64,000 nucleotides of DNA from Candidatus Hydrogenedentota bacterium. GTDB lineage: Bacteria > Hydrogenedentota > Hydrogenedentia > Hydrogenedentales > SLHB01. Made by a program: the position numbers and the translations under genes. Below are positions 19,693 to 29,685 of the stretch, piece after piece. The stretch is from NCBI GenBank assembly GCA_963745075.1, contig CAVUWV010000031.1, positions 64,001 to 128,000 of the forward strand, in the 5' to 3' direction. The notes beneath the pieces are model-generated. The model ran no database searches. It saw nothing but the letters and a program-made list of their open reading frames with translations, and was not told the origin of the DNA. The number at the start of each line of letters is the position of its first letter. Position 1 is the first letter of the stretch.

Positions 19693-20934
19693 ATGAATAC
19701 GGTCACCGGAGATAAGGTCCAAAAAGCGGCCAAAGCGGCCTTGGAAGCTGGGGAAGGATTGTTGCGGCTGGCGCCGACGTGGGTGCCGCGGTCGTTCCTG
19801 CAACCGGGTCGCCGGTTGAAATTGCATCCCGACGATTATTACGCCTTAGGCAAAGATCGGGGCGGCATCGATGAGCGTTGGTTCGCCTCGACTACGGCGG
19901 CCGACAACGAGGGTGCGCCACCCGACGAGGGGCTGAGCTATGTGGTCCAGGACGGCGCGCGCTTCACGCTGAAGGACGCGGTCGCGAGCCTCGGCGCGGA
20001 ACTCATCGGCGACGCCATCTGGAACAAGTACAAGCGGTGGCCGGTCTACAGCAAGTTCTTCGACAACATGGGGCCTATCCCCCATCACCACCATCAAAAC
20101 GCGGAACAGGCTGCCCTAGTCGGCCGGGAAGGCAAGCCCGAATCCTACTATTTCCCGCCGCAATTGAACGCCATCGGCAACAATTTCCCGTACACGTTCT
20201 TCGGTCTCGAACCGGGCACGACGAAGGAAGACATCGTGCGTTGCCTCGACCGGTGGAACGAGGGTGACAACGGGATCCTGGACTATTCAAAAGCGTATCG
20301 TTTGAAGCCGGGGACGGGCTGGTTGGTGCCTCCGTGCATTCTTCACGCGCCGGGATCGCTGGTCACGTACGAACCGCAATGGGGCAGCGATGTGTTCTCC
20401 ATGTTCCAGTCTCTGGTGGAAGGCCGCGATGTGTGGCGGGAACTCCTGGTCAAGGACATCCCGGAGGACAAACGCGACGACCACGAGTACATCGTCAATC
20501 AGTTGGATTGGGAGTCGAACGTCGACGACCACTTCAAGGACAACCATTACCTGGAGCCCATCCCCGACGGCAACACGGAAAACGCGGGCTATGTGGACCG
20601 GTGGGTCGTCTACGGCAAGGTGCACGGCGAGCAGTTGTTCAGCGCGAAGGAACTGACGGTCGCCCCGGGAGCGAAGGTGGCGATCAAAGACAATGGCGCG
20701 TCCGGCGTCATTCTCATGCAGGGTCGCGGCAAGATCGGCAACCTGCCTTTCGAATGCCCGCAGATGATCCGCTTCGGCGAGATGACGGAAGACGAGGTCT
20801 TCATCACGGAACAGCGCGCGAAGGAAGGCTACACGGTCGAGAACCTGGGCAAGGATTGCCCCTTGGTCATGCTCCGCTACTTCGGCCCGGGCGCGAACCC
20901 GCAAGCGCCGAAGGTGGGCGATTACAAGAAGTAA
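19693..20934 (+). CDS. Mannose-6-phosphate-isomerase-like cupin protein
   Basis: GGIDERW; PHHHHQ...GKPESYYF; LHAPG; AAGGAG RBS. Confidence 0.7.
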   Translation: MNTVTGDKVQKAAKAALEAGEGLLRLAPTWVPRSFLQPGRRLKLHPDDYYALGKDRGGIDERWFASTTAADNEGAPPDEGLSYVVQDGARFTLKDAVASLGAELIGDAIWNKYKRWPVYSKFFDNMGPIPHHHHQNAEQAALVGREGKPESYYFPPQLNAIGNNFPYTFFGLEPGTTKEDIVRCLDRWNEGDNGILDYSKAYRLKPGTGWLVPPCILHAPGSLVTYEPQWGSDVFSMFQSLVEGRDVWRELLVKDIPEDKRDDHEYIVNQLDWESNVDDHFKDNHYLEPIPDGNTENAGYVDRWVVYGKVHGEQLFSAKELTVAPGAKVAIKDNGASGVILMQGRGKIGNLPFECPQMIRFGEMTEDEVFITEQRAKEGYTVENLGKDCPLVMLRYFGPGANPQAPKVGDYKK

Positions 20935-21000
20935 CCCGTTGCTTCCCAACCAGCGCCTCTTTCACATTGATGATGAACGGACTGTAAAAGGAGACGATAG

Positions 21001-22053
<1,053 letters not shown>

Positions 22054-22064
22054 GATTTATTCGC

Positions 22065-22515
22065 CCGCAGATATACGCAGATGGTCGCAGATGAAGAATG
22101 ATGAAGACAAGAAAAGGGACCCACAGACTTACGCGATAATCGGAGTTGGAATGCAAGTTCATGGGCGATTGGGCTGCGGGTTCCAGGAACCCGCATATCA
22201 GAGCGCATTCGCTGTCGAGTGTCGATTTCAAGGCGTGCCGTGCGAGCGTGAGGTCAAGTACGAGATTACGTACAGAGATGAGATTTTGGACTGTTACTAT
22301 CGCGCGGACTTTGTTTGTTACGGAGCGGTAATCGTCGAGTTGAAGGTCGTTGAGGAATTGACGGATAAGCACCGCAGCCAAGTCATCAATTATCTGAAGG
22401 TATCGGGATTGAAACGCGGAGTTTTGATGAATTTTGCGAACGAGCGTTTGGAATATGAGCGCATCGTGTTGGATTATTCCGATTCTTAATCTGCGAACAT
22501 CTGCGTAATCTGCGG
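22065..22515. mobile_element. Putative GxxExxY cassette bounded by inverted triple CGCAGAT repeats
   Basis: Left arm CCGCAGATATACGCAGATGGTCGCAGAT (22065-22092); right arm ATCTGCGAACATCTGCGTAATCTGCGG (22489-22515). Mobility is inferred. Confidence 0.55.
22091..22489 (+). CDS. GxxExxY protein (PD-(D/E)XK nuclease superfamily)
   Basis: VH..LGCGFQEPAY; RADFVC...IVELK; QVINYLK.SG...G.L.NF; 132 aa. Confidence 0.92.
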   Translation: MKNDEDKKRDPQTYAIIGVGMQVHGRLGCGFQEPAYQSAFAVECRFQGVPCEREVKYEITYRDEILDCYYRADFVCYGAVIVELKVVEELTDKHRSQVINYLKVSGLKRGVLMNFANERLEYERIVLDYSDS

Positions 22516-22531
22516 ACAGGAGGTTTTCGTT

Positions 22532-23674
22532 ATGGCGAAGAAGAAGTTGAACGTGGCCATGATTGGCTATGGGTTTATGGCGCGGGCGCATTCGAACGCG
22601 TATCTGAAGGTGAATCATTTCTTCGATCTCGACTATGAGCCGGTGCGGAAGGTGGCCTGTGGCCGGGATGCGGAAAAGGTGAAGGCCTTCGCGGATCAGT
22701 GGGACTATGAGTCCACGGAAACGGACTGGCGCAAGGCGATCGAGCGGAAGGACATCGACGCCGTCGACATCTGTTGTCCCAACAATCTGCACCACGACAT
22801 CGCCATCGCGGCGGCCGAGGCGGGCAAGATGATCCTCTGCGAGAAGCCGCTCGCCATGAACGGCGCGGAAGGCGAGGAAATGTGCAAGGCCGTCGAGAAG
22901 GCCGGTGTGCCGAACACGGTCTGGTACAACTACCGCCGCGTGCCGGCGGTGACGCTGGCCAAGCAACTCATCGACGAAGGCCGGTTGGGCAAGATCTTCC
23001 ACTACCGCGCGGTGTTTCTCCAGGACTGGACGATCTCCGAGGAGCTACCCCAGGGCGGGCAGGGATTGTGGCGATTGGACGCGGCGGCGGCGGGCAGCGG
23101 CGTGACGGGCGATCTTCTCGCGCACTGCATCGACACGGCCCTGTGGTTGAACGGCTCCATCAGCGACGTGACGGCTATGACGGAGACGTTTATCAAGGAA
23201 CGGGTCCACACGGCTACCGGCAAGAAGCAGCCGGTCGGCATCGACGACGCCTGCGCGTTTCTGGCGCGGTTCAAGAACGGGTCGCTGGCGACGTTCGAGT
23301 CAACGCGTTACGCGCGGGGACACAAGGCGCTCTATACCTTCGAGATCAATGGCGAGCACGCGTCGATCCAGTGGGACCTTCACGATTTGCACCGGCTCAA
23401 TTATTTCGATCACCGGGACGATTCGATCGTGCGCGGGTGGCGCTCGGTCCACGTCACGGACGGTGACATGCCATACATGGACAAATGGTGGGTGCCGGGG
23501 CTGCAGATTGGCTACGAACACAGCTTCGTGCATCAGGCCGCCGACTTCCTGGAGAACATCGCGAAGAACAAACCGACGGCGCCGACGTTCCGCGATGCAC
23601 TCGAAACGCAGCACATCTGCGACGCGGTTTTGAAATCAGCCCAATCGGGTTCCTGGGAACAGGTCCCCGCGTAG
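22532..23674 (+). CDS. Gfo/Idh/MocA-family oxidoreductase
   Basis: [31 protein letters not shown]. Confidence 0.92.
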   Translation: MAKKKLNVAMIGYGFMARAHSNAYLKVNHFFDLDYEPVRKVACGRDAEKVKAFADQWDYESTETDWRKAIERKDIDAVDICCPNNLHHDIAIAAAEAGKMILCEKPLAMNGAEGEEMCKAVEKAGVPNTVWYNYRRVPAVTLAKQLIDEGRLGKIFHYRAVFLQDWTISEELPQGGQGLWRLDAAAAGSGVTGDLLAHCIDTALWLNGSISDVTAMTETFIKERVHTATGKKQPVGIDDACAFLARFKNGSLATFESTRYARGHKALYTFEINGEHASIQWDLHDLHRLNYFDHRDDSIVRGWRSVHVTDGDMPYMDKWWVPGLQIGYEHSFVHQAADFLENIAKNKPTAPTFRDALETQHICDAVLKSAQSGSWEQVPA

Positions 23675-23691
23675 ACCATTCAAACAACAAT

Positions 23692-23729
23692 CCGGGGAAA
23701 CCTTTTCTCAGAGGAGAAGGTTTCCCCGG
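23692..23729. terminator. Hairpin between convergent genes (terminator or REP-like)
   Basis: 13-bp stem CCGGGGAAACCTT/AAGGTTTCCCCGG. Confidence 0.6.
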
Positions 23730-23778
23730 TTCCATTCCAAAAGACGTTACTACGCGCTTCGCGGGTTCGCCCGGCCGC

Positions 23779-24615
23779 CTACCACGAATCCTGGATAAAC
23801 TTGAGCCCGTTGCGGGCGACGTGCTCTTCGCTGGGGGCCATCTTGCGCCAGATGCAGGTGGCGCCCGTCACTTCGGGGAGCCAGGCACCGAAGGCTTCGA
23901 TGGTCAGCCAACCGTCATACCCCACCGATTTCAGCGCGCCGAACGTTTCGCCCCAGTGCACGTGGTCTTCGCCGGGCGTCGCGCGGTCGTTGGCGGAAAT
24001 GTGAACGTGATTGATATGCTTCCCGCCCGTCTTGACGGAGTCGGCGATGTCCTTTTCTTCAATGTTCGCGTGGAACGTATCGTACAGAATGCCGACGGAC
24101 GTGCTGTGGATGCGGTTCACCAACTCGACGGCATCCGATTCCGCATTGAGGAAGTACGTTTCAAAGCGGTTCAGCGGTTCGACGGACAGGACAATGCCGC
24201 TGTCTTCTGCATGAGCCGCGACCTTTTTGAGGCCTTCGACACACCAGTCCTTTTCCTGATCCGTAGGTCCCCGACCGATGAGTCGGCCCACCGGCGAGTA
24301 CATGGGACCGGCCACCGCGCTTGCGCCCAACTCCACCGCTTTGTCGATGCACGTCGTGAGAAAGTCGACGGCGGCTTGACGTTCTCCGGCATCCTCGCCG
24401 ATAAGGTTCGTGCCGCCGGGCAGCACGGTGGCGACGGTTCGTTCTAGCCCGAATTCATCCAGTACGCTGCTCAATTCCTTCCAGGGCGAGCCGTCCAGCA
24501 CGAACATGGGCAACTCGACCCCGTCAAACCCCCAGTCCTTGATGTTCTTCATTACCGGCACGTGCGATTCGTTCGCCGCGGCCGTCCAGAGCAACAGATT
24601 CATCCCGATTTTCAC
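23779..24615 (-). CDS. D-psicose/D-tagatose 3-epimerase-family protein
   Basis: EPLNRFE; DTFHANIEE; H.S.NDR.TPG.DH; IEAF; GTG start at 24615. Confidence 0.85.
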   Translation of the reverse strand: MKIGMNLLLWTAAANESHVPVMKNIKDWGFDGVELPMFVLDGSPWKELSSVLDEFGLERTVATVLPGGTNLIGEDAGERQAAVDFLTTCIDKAVELGASAVAGPMYSPVGRLIGRGPTDQEKDWCVEGLKKVAAHAEDSGIVLSVEPLNRFETYFLNAESDAVELVNRIHSTSVGILYDTFHANIEEKDIADSVKTGGKHINHVHISANDRATPGEDHVHWGETFGALKSVGYDGWLTIEAFGAWLPEVTGATCIWRKMAPSEEHVARNGLKFIQDSW

Positions 24616-24699
24616 GATAGTTCCCTCCCTCGTAACGACTCGGCAGCCTAGCACAGTCTGCGGGGAATTGCCATGGTTTGATTCCCCCGTGACCTTACC

Positions 24700-24857
24700 C
24701 GTCATCCTGAGCCCTTTCAGGACTGCGCACAAAGCCGCGCAGTCCTTGCCGGAGATAGGAAGGCGGCGAATAACCGCCTTCCTTAGGAGCGGAGCGAAGG
24801 ATCTGGAATCGGTCAGGCGCCAGTGTGATGCGATCCTTCGCTGCGCTCAGGATGACG
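24700..24857. repeat. Multi-branched palindromic intergenic element
   Basis: CGTCATCCTGAGC pairs with GCTCAGGATGACG; internal hairpins 24719-24746 and 24757-24783; GCGAAGGATC/GATCCTTCGC. Confidence 0.75.
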
Positions 24858-25002
24858 TTTATCTATATTCCGGGCGCGTTGGACTCCGGTGGCGTGGATG
24901 TTTTAGATTATCTCACCTCTGCTGGTGACCTCACAATTCTGCGCAGCATTGGTTCCAGTGCGTGCGTAAGCGACCCACGCGGTCAATGAAATGGAGATTG
25001 GA

Positions 25003-28000
25003 ATGAGTTTACGAAGACCCACAACCCTACTAGGAGCCGCGTTCACGTTGACGTGTCTGGCCGTGGCTTTGCTCTGTACAGCCCCGGTTTCTCACGCTGC
25101 CGACGACGGTTTCGTCCCGCTTTTCAATGGAAAGAACCTGGACGGCTGGACGGGGGACCCCCGTTTGTGGAAAGTCGAGGACGGTGAGATTGTCGGATCG
25201 ACCGACGGCGTAAAGATCGACCACAACACCTTTCTCATGACGAAGAAGGAATACGGCGACTTCATTCTCCGAGTGAAGGTGAAACTGCGCAATCACAACA
25301 GTGGGATCCAGTTCCGGAGCGAGCAACTTCCCGACTACGTTGCCGCCGGTTATCAGGCGGACGTTGCCGAGAAGACCTACTTCGGCATGCTCTACGAGGA
25401 GAAGAAACGCGGCATCATGGACTACTGGAAGGCCATGTCGCCGGAAGAGCAGGCCAAAATCGAGACGTACGTCAAGCAGGGCGACTGGAACCAGTACGAA
25501 ATCACCTGTGAAGGCGACCACGTCAAGCTCGTGTTGAACGGTCACACCACCTGCGACATCGTCGATCCGGAAGGCGCCAAGAAGGGCATCATCGGGCTTC
25601 AGCTTCACGCCGGGCCGGAGATGGAAGTCCGGTTTAAGGACATCGAGATTAAAGATCTGTCCTCCGACAAGCAGGCGGCGTTGCTTCCCGACATCGATCG
25701 CACGCGGCGCGAACGCATCGGCGCACGCGGGGAGCGATTTGTGACGCCGGACGGGTTCAGCGTGGAACAGGTCGCCACGGACGAACTGACCGGTTCCCTG
25801 ATTAATATGACCTTCGATCCGCAAGGCCGCCCCACCGTCGCCCTCGAACGGGAGGGTGTCGCGTTGTTGCTGGACGAAAACGGCGACGGCGTATACGACG
25901 CGAAAAAGATCTTCGCGGATCAGGTGAAGACGGCGATGGGGATGTTCTACCTGGGACCTGGTGACCTGCTGGTTCAGTCCGACGGTCCGCGCGGCCCCGG
26001 CATCTATCGCGTGACGGATACCGACGGCGATGACCACGCCGACAAGGTGAAGCGGATCGTGAAAGCGACGGCCGGGATGGGTGAGCATTCGCCCCACGCT
26101 ATCGTCATCGGTCCCGACGGTTACTTTTACGTGATGTACGGGAACCACTCGTACCCCGACAAGAAGCTGGATCAGGATTCGCCGTGCCGCGGGTTGCAGG
26201 AGGACTTCCTCCTGCCCAGATACGTGGACCCGCGCGGCCACGCGAACAGCATTCGTGCCCCCGGCGGCACCATACAGCGGCTTGACCCCGCGATGGAGGA
26301 CCTAGCCCAATTTTCGGGCGGGTTTCGCAACGCTTACGATTTCTCGATCACGGAGACCGGTGAGATCCTGACCTTCGACTCCGACATGGAGTGGGATTTT
26401 GGGTTGCCCTGGTATCGGCCGATCCGCGTCATTCACGCGGTGCCGGGCGGCGACTACGGCTGGCGCACGGGGTCGAGCAAGATGCCGGAATACGATGTGG
26501 ATACCCTACCGCCCATTGACGATGTAGGACGCGGGTCCCCGGTTGGGACCTGCGTCTACCAGCACGACGCCTACCCAAAGCGCTTTCGAGGCGCTTTTTT
26601 TATGGGTGATTGGTCCCGCGGGCGAATCCGTGTGATGTTCCCTGAACGGGACGGGGCCACCTTTCACGGCAAAACGCTGGACTTTCTCGTCGGCGAACCG
26701 CTGAACATTACCGACCTCGATGTGGGCCCCGACGGGTTCGTCTATTTCAGCGTCGGTGGACGCGGCACGGAAGGCGGGGTCTATCGCGTCCGGTACGACG
26801 GTCCCGGCGCGCCGGCCCCTTCAACCGAGGGTATCCTGGCCGTGCTCGATCAGCCCATGCCCCGGTCGGCATGGGGACGACTTGCCATCGAGAAGGCGCG
26901 CGAATCCATGGGAAAGGCAGCGTGGGAACACGGCTTGATAGACGCCGCGCGAAATCGGGACCTCTCGTCGGAACGGCGCATCCGGGCGCTCGAAGCGCTT
27001 CAGGTGCATGGTCCACAACCCAATCACAAACTGCTGGCGGGACTATCAAAGGATGAGGATCCGGAAGTCCGCGGATTTGCCGTATACCTGTTGGGAACGC
27101 TGCCGTGGGAGGACGTACACAAGGCGCTGACCGAAGCGTTGGGTGATGACGATTCGCTGGTCGCGCGACACGCGTGCGAGGCGTTGGTCCGTGCCGGGCT
27201 GAACAACGCCATGACCGTGGATGCCAACGACGATTTAGTGCGGGGCCTGTTTACGTTGCTCGACAATCCGGACCGCTTTGTCCGTTACGCCGCAGAGTTG
27301 GCGATGGAACGCGTTGATCGGGACGTATGGGCGCCCCTCGTCCTGAACGACTCCATTCCGGCACGTCCCCACGGGGCGCTGGTGGGATTGCTCGCCCTCA
27401 TCCACACCCAGGAAGTGTCCGAGGACTCCGACACCATCTTTACCAAGCTCACGGAGTACGGGCAAGCAAGATCTGAGCGACACGATCTTACTGGACTACC
27501 TGCGCGTGGCCAGCCTGGCATACATCCGGGATGTGGACCACGCCGATCGCAGTAGCTTCACCGGAACCATCGGTCCCCGTTTGCTCGCACGTTTTCCGAC
27601 CGAGGACCGTGCGTTGAACCGGGAGTTGCAGGTCGTGCTCGCGCACATGGAGACTCCCGGCACGATCGATGCGCTTCTGGCCTATCTGACGCCGGACAAA
27701 TCGCAGCAGGAGCAGATTCACACGGTGTATGCGCTACGCGCCATTAAAGACGGTTGGAACGCGGAACAGCGGGGCCGCCTGGTGGATTGGTTCGATCGCG
27801 GCCGTGAAATAACCGGCGCCGCGAGTATGGAAGGTTACATCAATAATCTCTGGGCCTCCACGATGGAGATTCTCCCCGACGACGAGCGGAAGGTTGCCGA
27901 GGCCCGGAAGGCGGCTGCATTGAAGAAGCGTGCCGACGATGCGCTCGCGCTGTTGGCGAAGATCGAAGGCGAATCGCCCAAAGGCGCATCCGATCTTACG

Positions 28001-28480
28001 AACATGAGCTTCGCGGAGTTGAGCGAATATCTGGAGTACGATCCCATGTCGTACCCGGGCGGCGACGTGCTCGAGCGCGGGAAGGCGGTCTTCATCAAGT
28101 CGCGCTGCGCCAATTGTCACGTTTTCGGGACCATTGGCAAGGGCGGTGGACCGGATTTATCGACGGTGGTCAGCCGTTTCCGGCGGCGAGACATTCTGGA
28201 AGCAATCATGTACCCGTCAAAGGTCATTTCCGACCAGTACGTGGGAGTGGAAATCGACCTGAATGACTTCTCGACCGTAACGGGGATGGTTGCGTCGGAG
28301 AACGACAAGACGTTGACGGTCATCACCGTGGATGGCGAACGGGTCGAGATACCGCGCGACTCGATCGAGGAGCTCCGCAAATCGGATCTGTCCATCATGC
28401 CGGAAGGGCTGCTCAACACGATGAGCCTGGGCGAGTTGGTTGCCCTCATCAATTTCCTGGAGCGCGGGTCGGACATCTGA
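25003..28480 (+). CDS. PVC-type heme-binding protein (DUF1080 + sugar-dehydrogenase-like propeller + HEAT + cytochrome c), frameshifted near 27461
   Basis: LFNGKNLDGW, NSGIQFR, GLQLH (DUF1080); GFRNAYD, DSDMEWD; HEAT repeats; CANCH, GPDLS, S.MPEGL. Removing one G from GGG at 27460-27462 joins the two frames. Confidence 0.85.
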
Positions 28481-28557
28481 TCGAGTGTGAACGCAAAACT
28501 GAATCGGCCGCATGCCTCGACGGGTATGCGGCCGATTTGCATTCCAAACCGAATTAT

Positions 28558-29055
28558 CTATTGGGAATATCGATTGCGTGGTGTAGGGTCGGGTTTCGTG
28601 ATCATGGAGCGGCCCCGTTTCTTGTCGAGGGCCGCCAACACGCTGTTGGCTTTAGCCGTTTCGCGGGGCGACTTCTTGGATACTTCCCGTTCGATAACTT
28701 GCGCCAGCGTGCGCGCGGCGTCGCCGAACGCTTTGTTGAGTTCCATGCGGCAAACGAGACAGTAATCGGAACGCGGTTGGGCGGGGCGCTCTTTGCAGCG
28801 AAGACAGGTGCGCTCTTCCAGCGCACGCTTCTTCATGATAATGGGATCTTCCAGAAACCCCTCGACTTCGTCCGGAAGTACACCGGCGAAGGCCGCGATA
28901 TCCTCGTGCGTCTTGAGTCCGTGCTGTTCGACGGCTTCCCGAACCCGCGCACCGTCCTCCAAAAACTTGTCCTTGCAGCGCACACAGATGGGGATTCCTT
29001 CCTGTGCCGCAATGATTTTACCGCATCGCTTACAACGCGTCTGCTTATCCGCCAT
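28558..29055 (-). CDS. YvyF-like double zinc-finger/HTH protein
   Basis: CKRCGK...CVRC, HTH-like middle, CLRC...CLVC. Confidence 0.55.
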   Translation of the reverse strand: MADKQTRCKRCGKIIAAQEGIPICVRCKDKFLEDGARVREAVEQHGLKTHEDIAAFAGVLPDEVEGFLEDPIIMKKRALEERTCLRCKERPAQPRSDYCLVCRMELNKAFGDAARTLAQVIEREVSKKSPRETAKANSVLAALDKKRGRSMITKPDPTPRNRYSQ

Positions 29056-29647
29056 GATCCCTCAATTCCTCTGCCACCCGGTTCACTTGCCTCTCCAACT
29101 CCTCTATTGTACCTGAATTTTCTATCACCCAATCGGCCAGGGGGATTTTTTTCTCCGGAGGCGTTTGTGCCGCCACACGGCGTTTTGCTTCTTCTTCGTC
29201 GATCCCACGCCCTTCCACCAGACGCCGGATACGCAGGGAGGCGGGACAATCCACCACGATCAGGCCGCTGAAAAACTCGTCCAGACGGCCGTTTTCGGCG
29301 ATGAGCGCGGCGTCGATCAGCACGATGTCGTAGTTTTCCCGGGCCAGCGACACACATTGCGAAGCGATCTCCATACGGATCGCGGGGTGCAGGATGGCAT
29401 TGAGGCGATCGCGGGCTTCGGTATCGCGGAAAACGTACGCGCCGAGTTTTTCGCGGTCGATTTGGCCATTTGTCAGGATTTCCGATCCAAAGGTTTCAAC
29501 CACAGTGTCCACCGCCGCGCCGCCGGGTTCGATCAGTTCGTGCCCGACGGCGTCCGCATCGAGCACGGGAATTCCGCGGTCTCGGAAGAGGCGCGCCGCC
29601 TCCGATTTCCCACTTCCCGTACCGCCGGTTAAACCGTAAACCCGCAC
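29045..29647 (-). CDS. coaE: Dephospho-CoA kinase
   Basis: GLTGGTGSGKS; DAD; IDR.KLG..VF; LN.I.HP.I. Confidence 0.95.
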   Translation of the reverse strand: MRVYGLTGGTGSGKSEAARLFRDRGIPVLDADAVGHELIEPGGAAVDTVVETFGSEILTNGQIDREKLGAYVFRDTEARDRLNAILHPAIRMEIASQCVSLARENYDIVLIDAALIAENGRLDEFFSGLIVVDCPASLRIRRLVEGRGIDEEEAKRRVAAQTPPEKKIPLADWVIENSGTIEELERQVNRVAEELRDHGG

Positions 29648-29685
29648 TGGTTTTGCTCCATGTGGATGTGGTTCCGGGGAACCTG

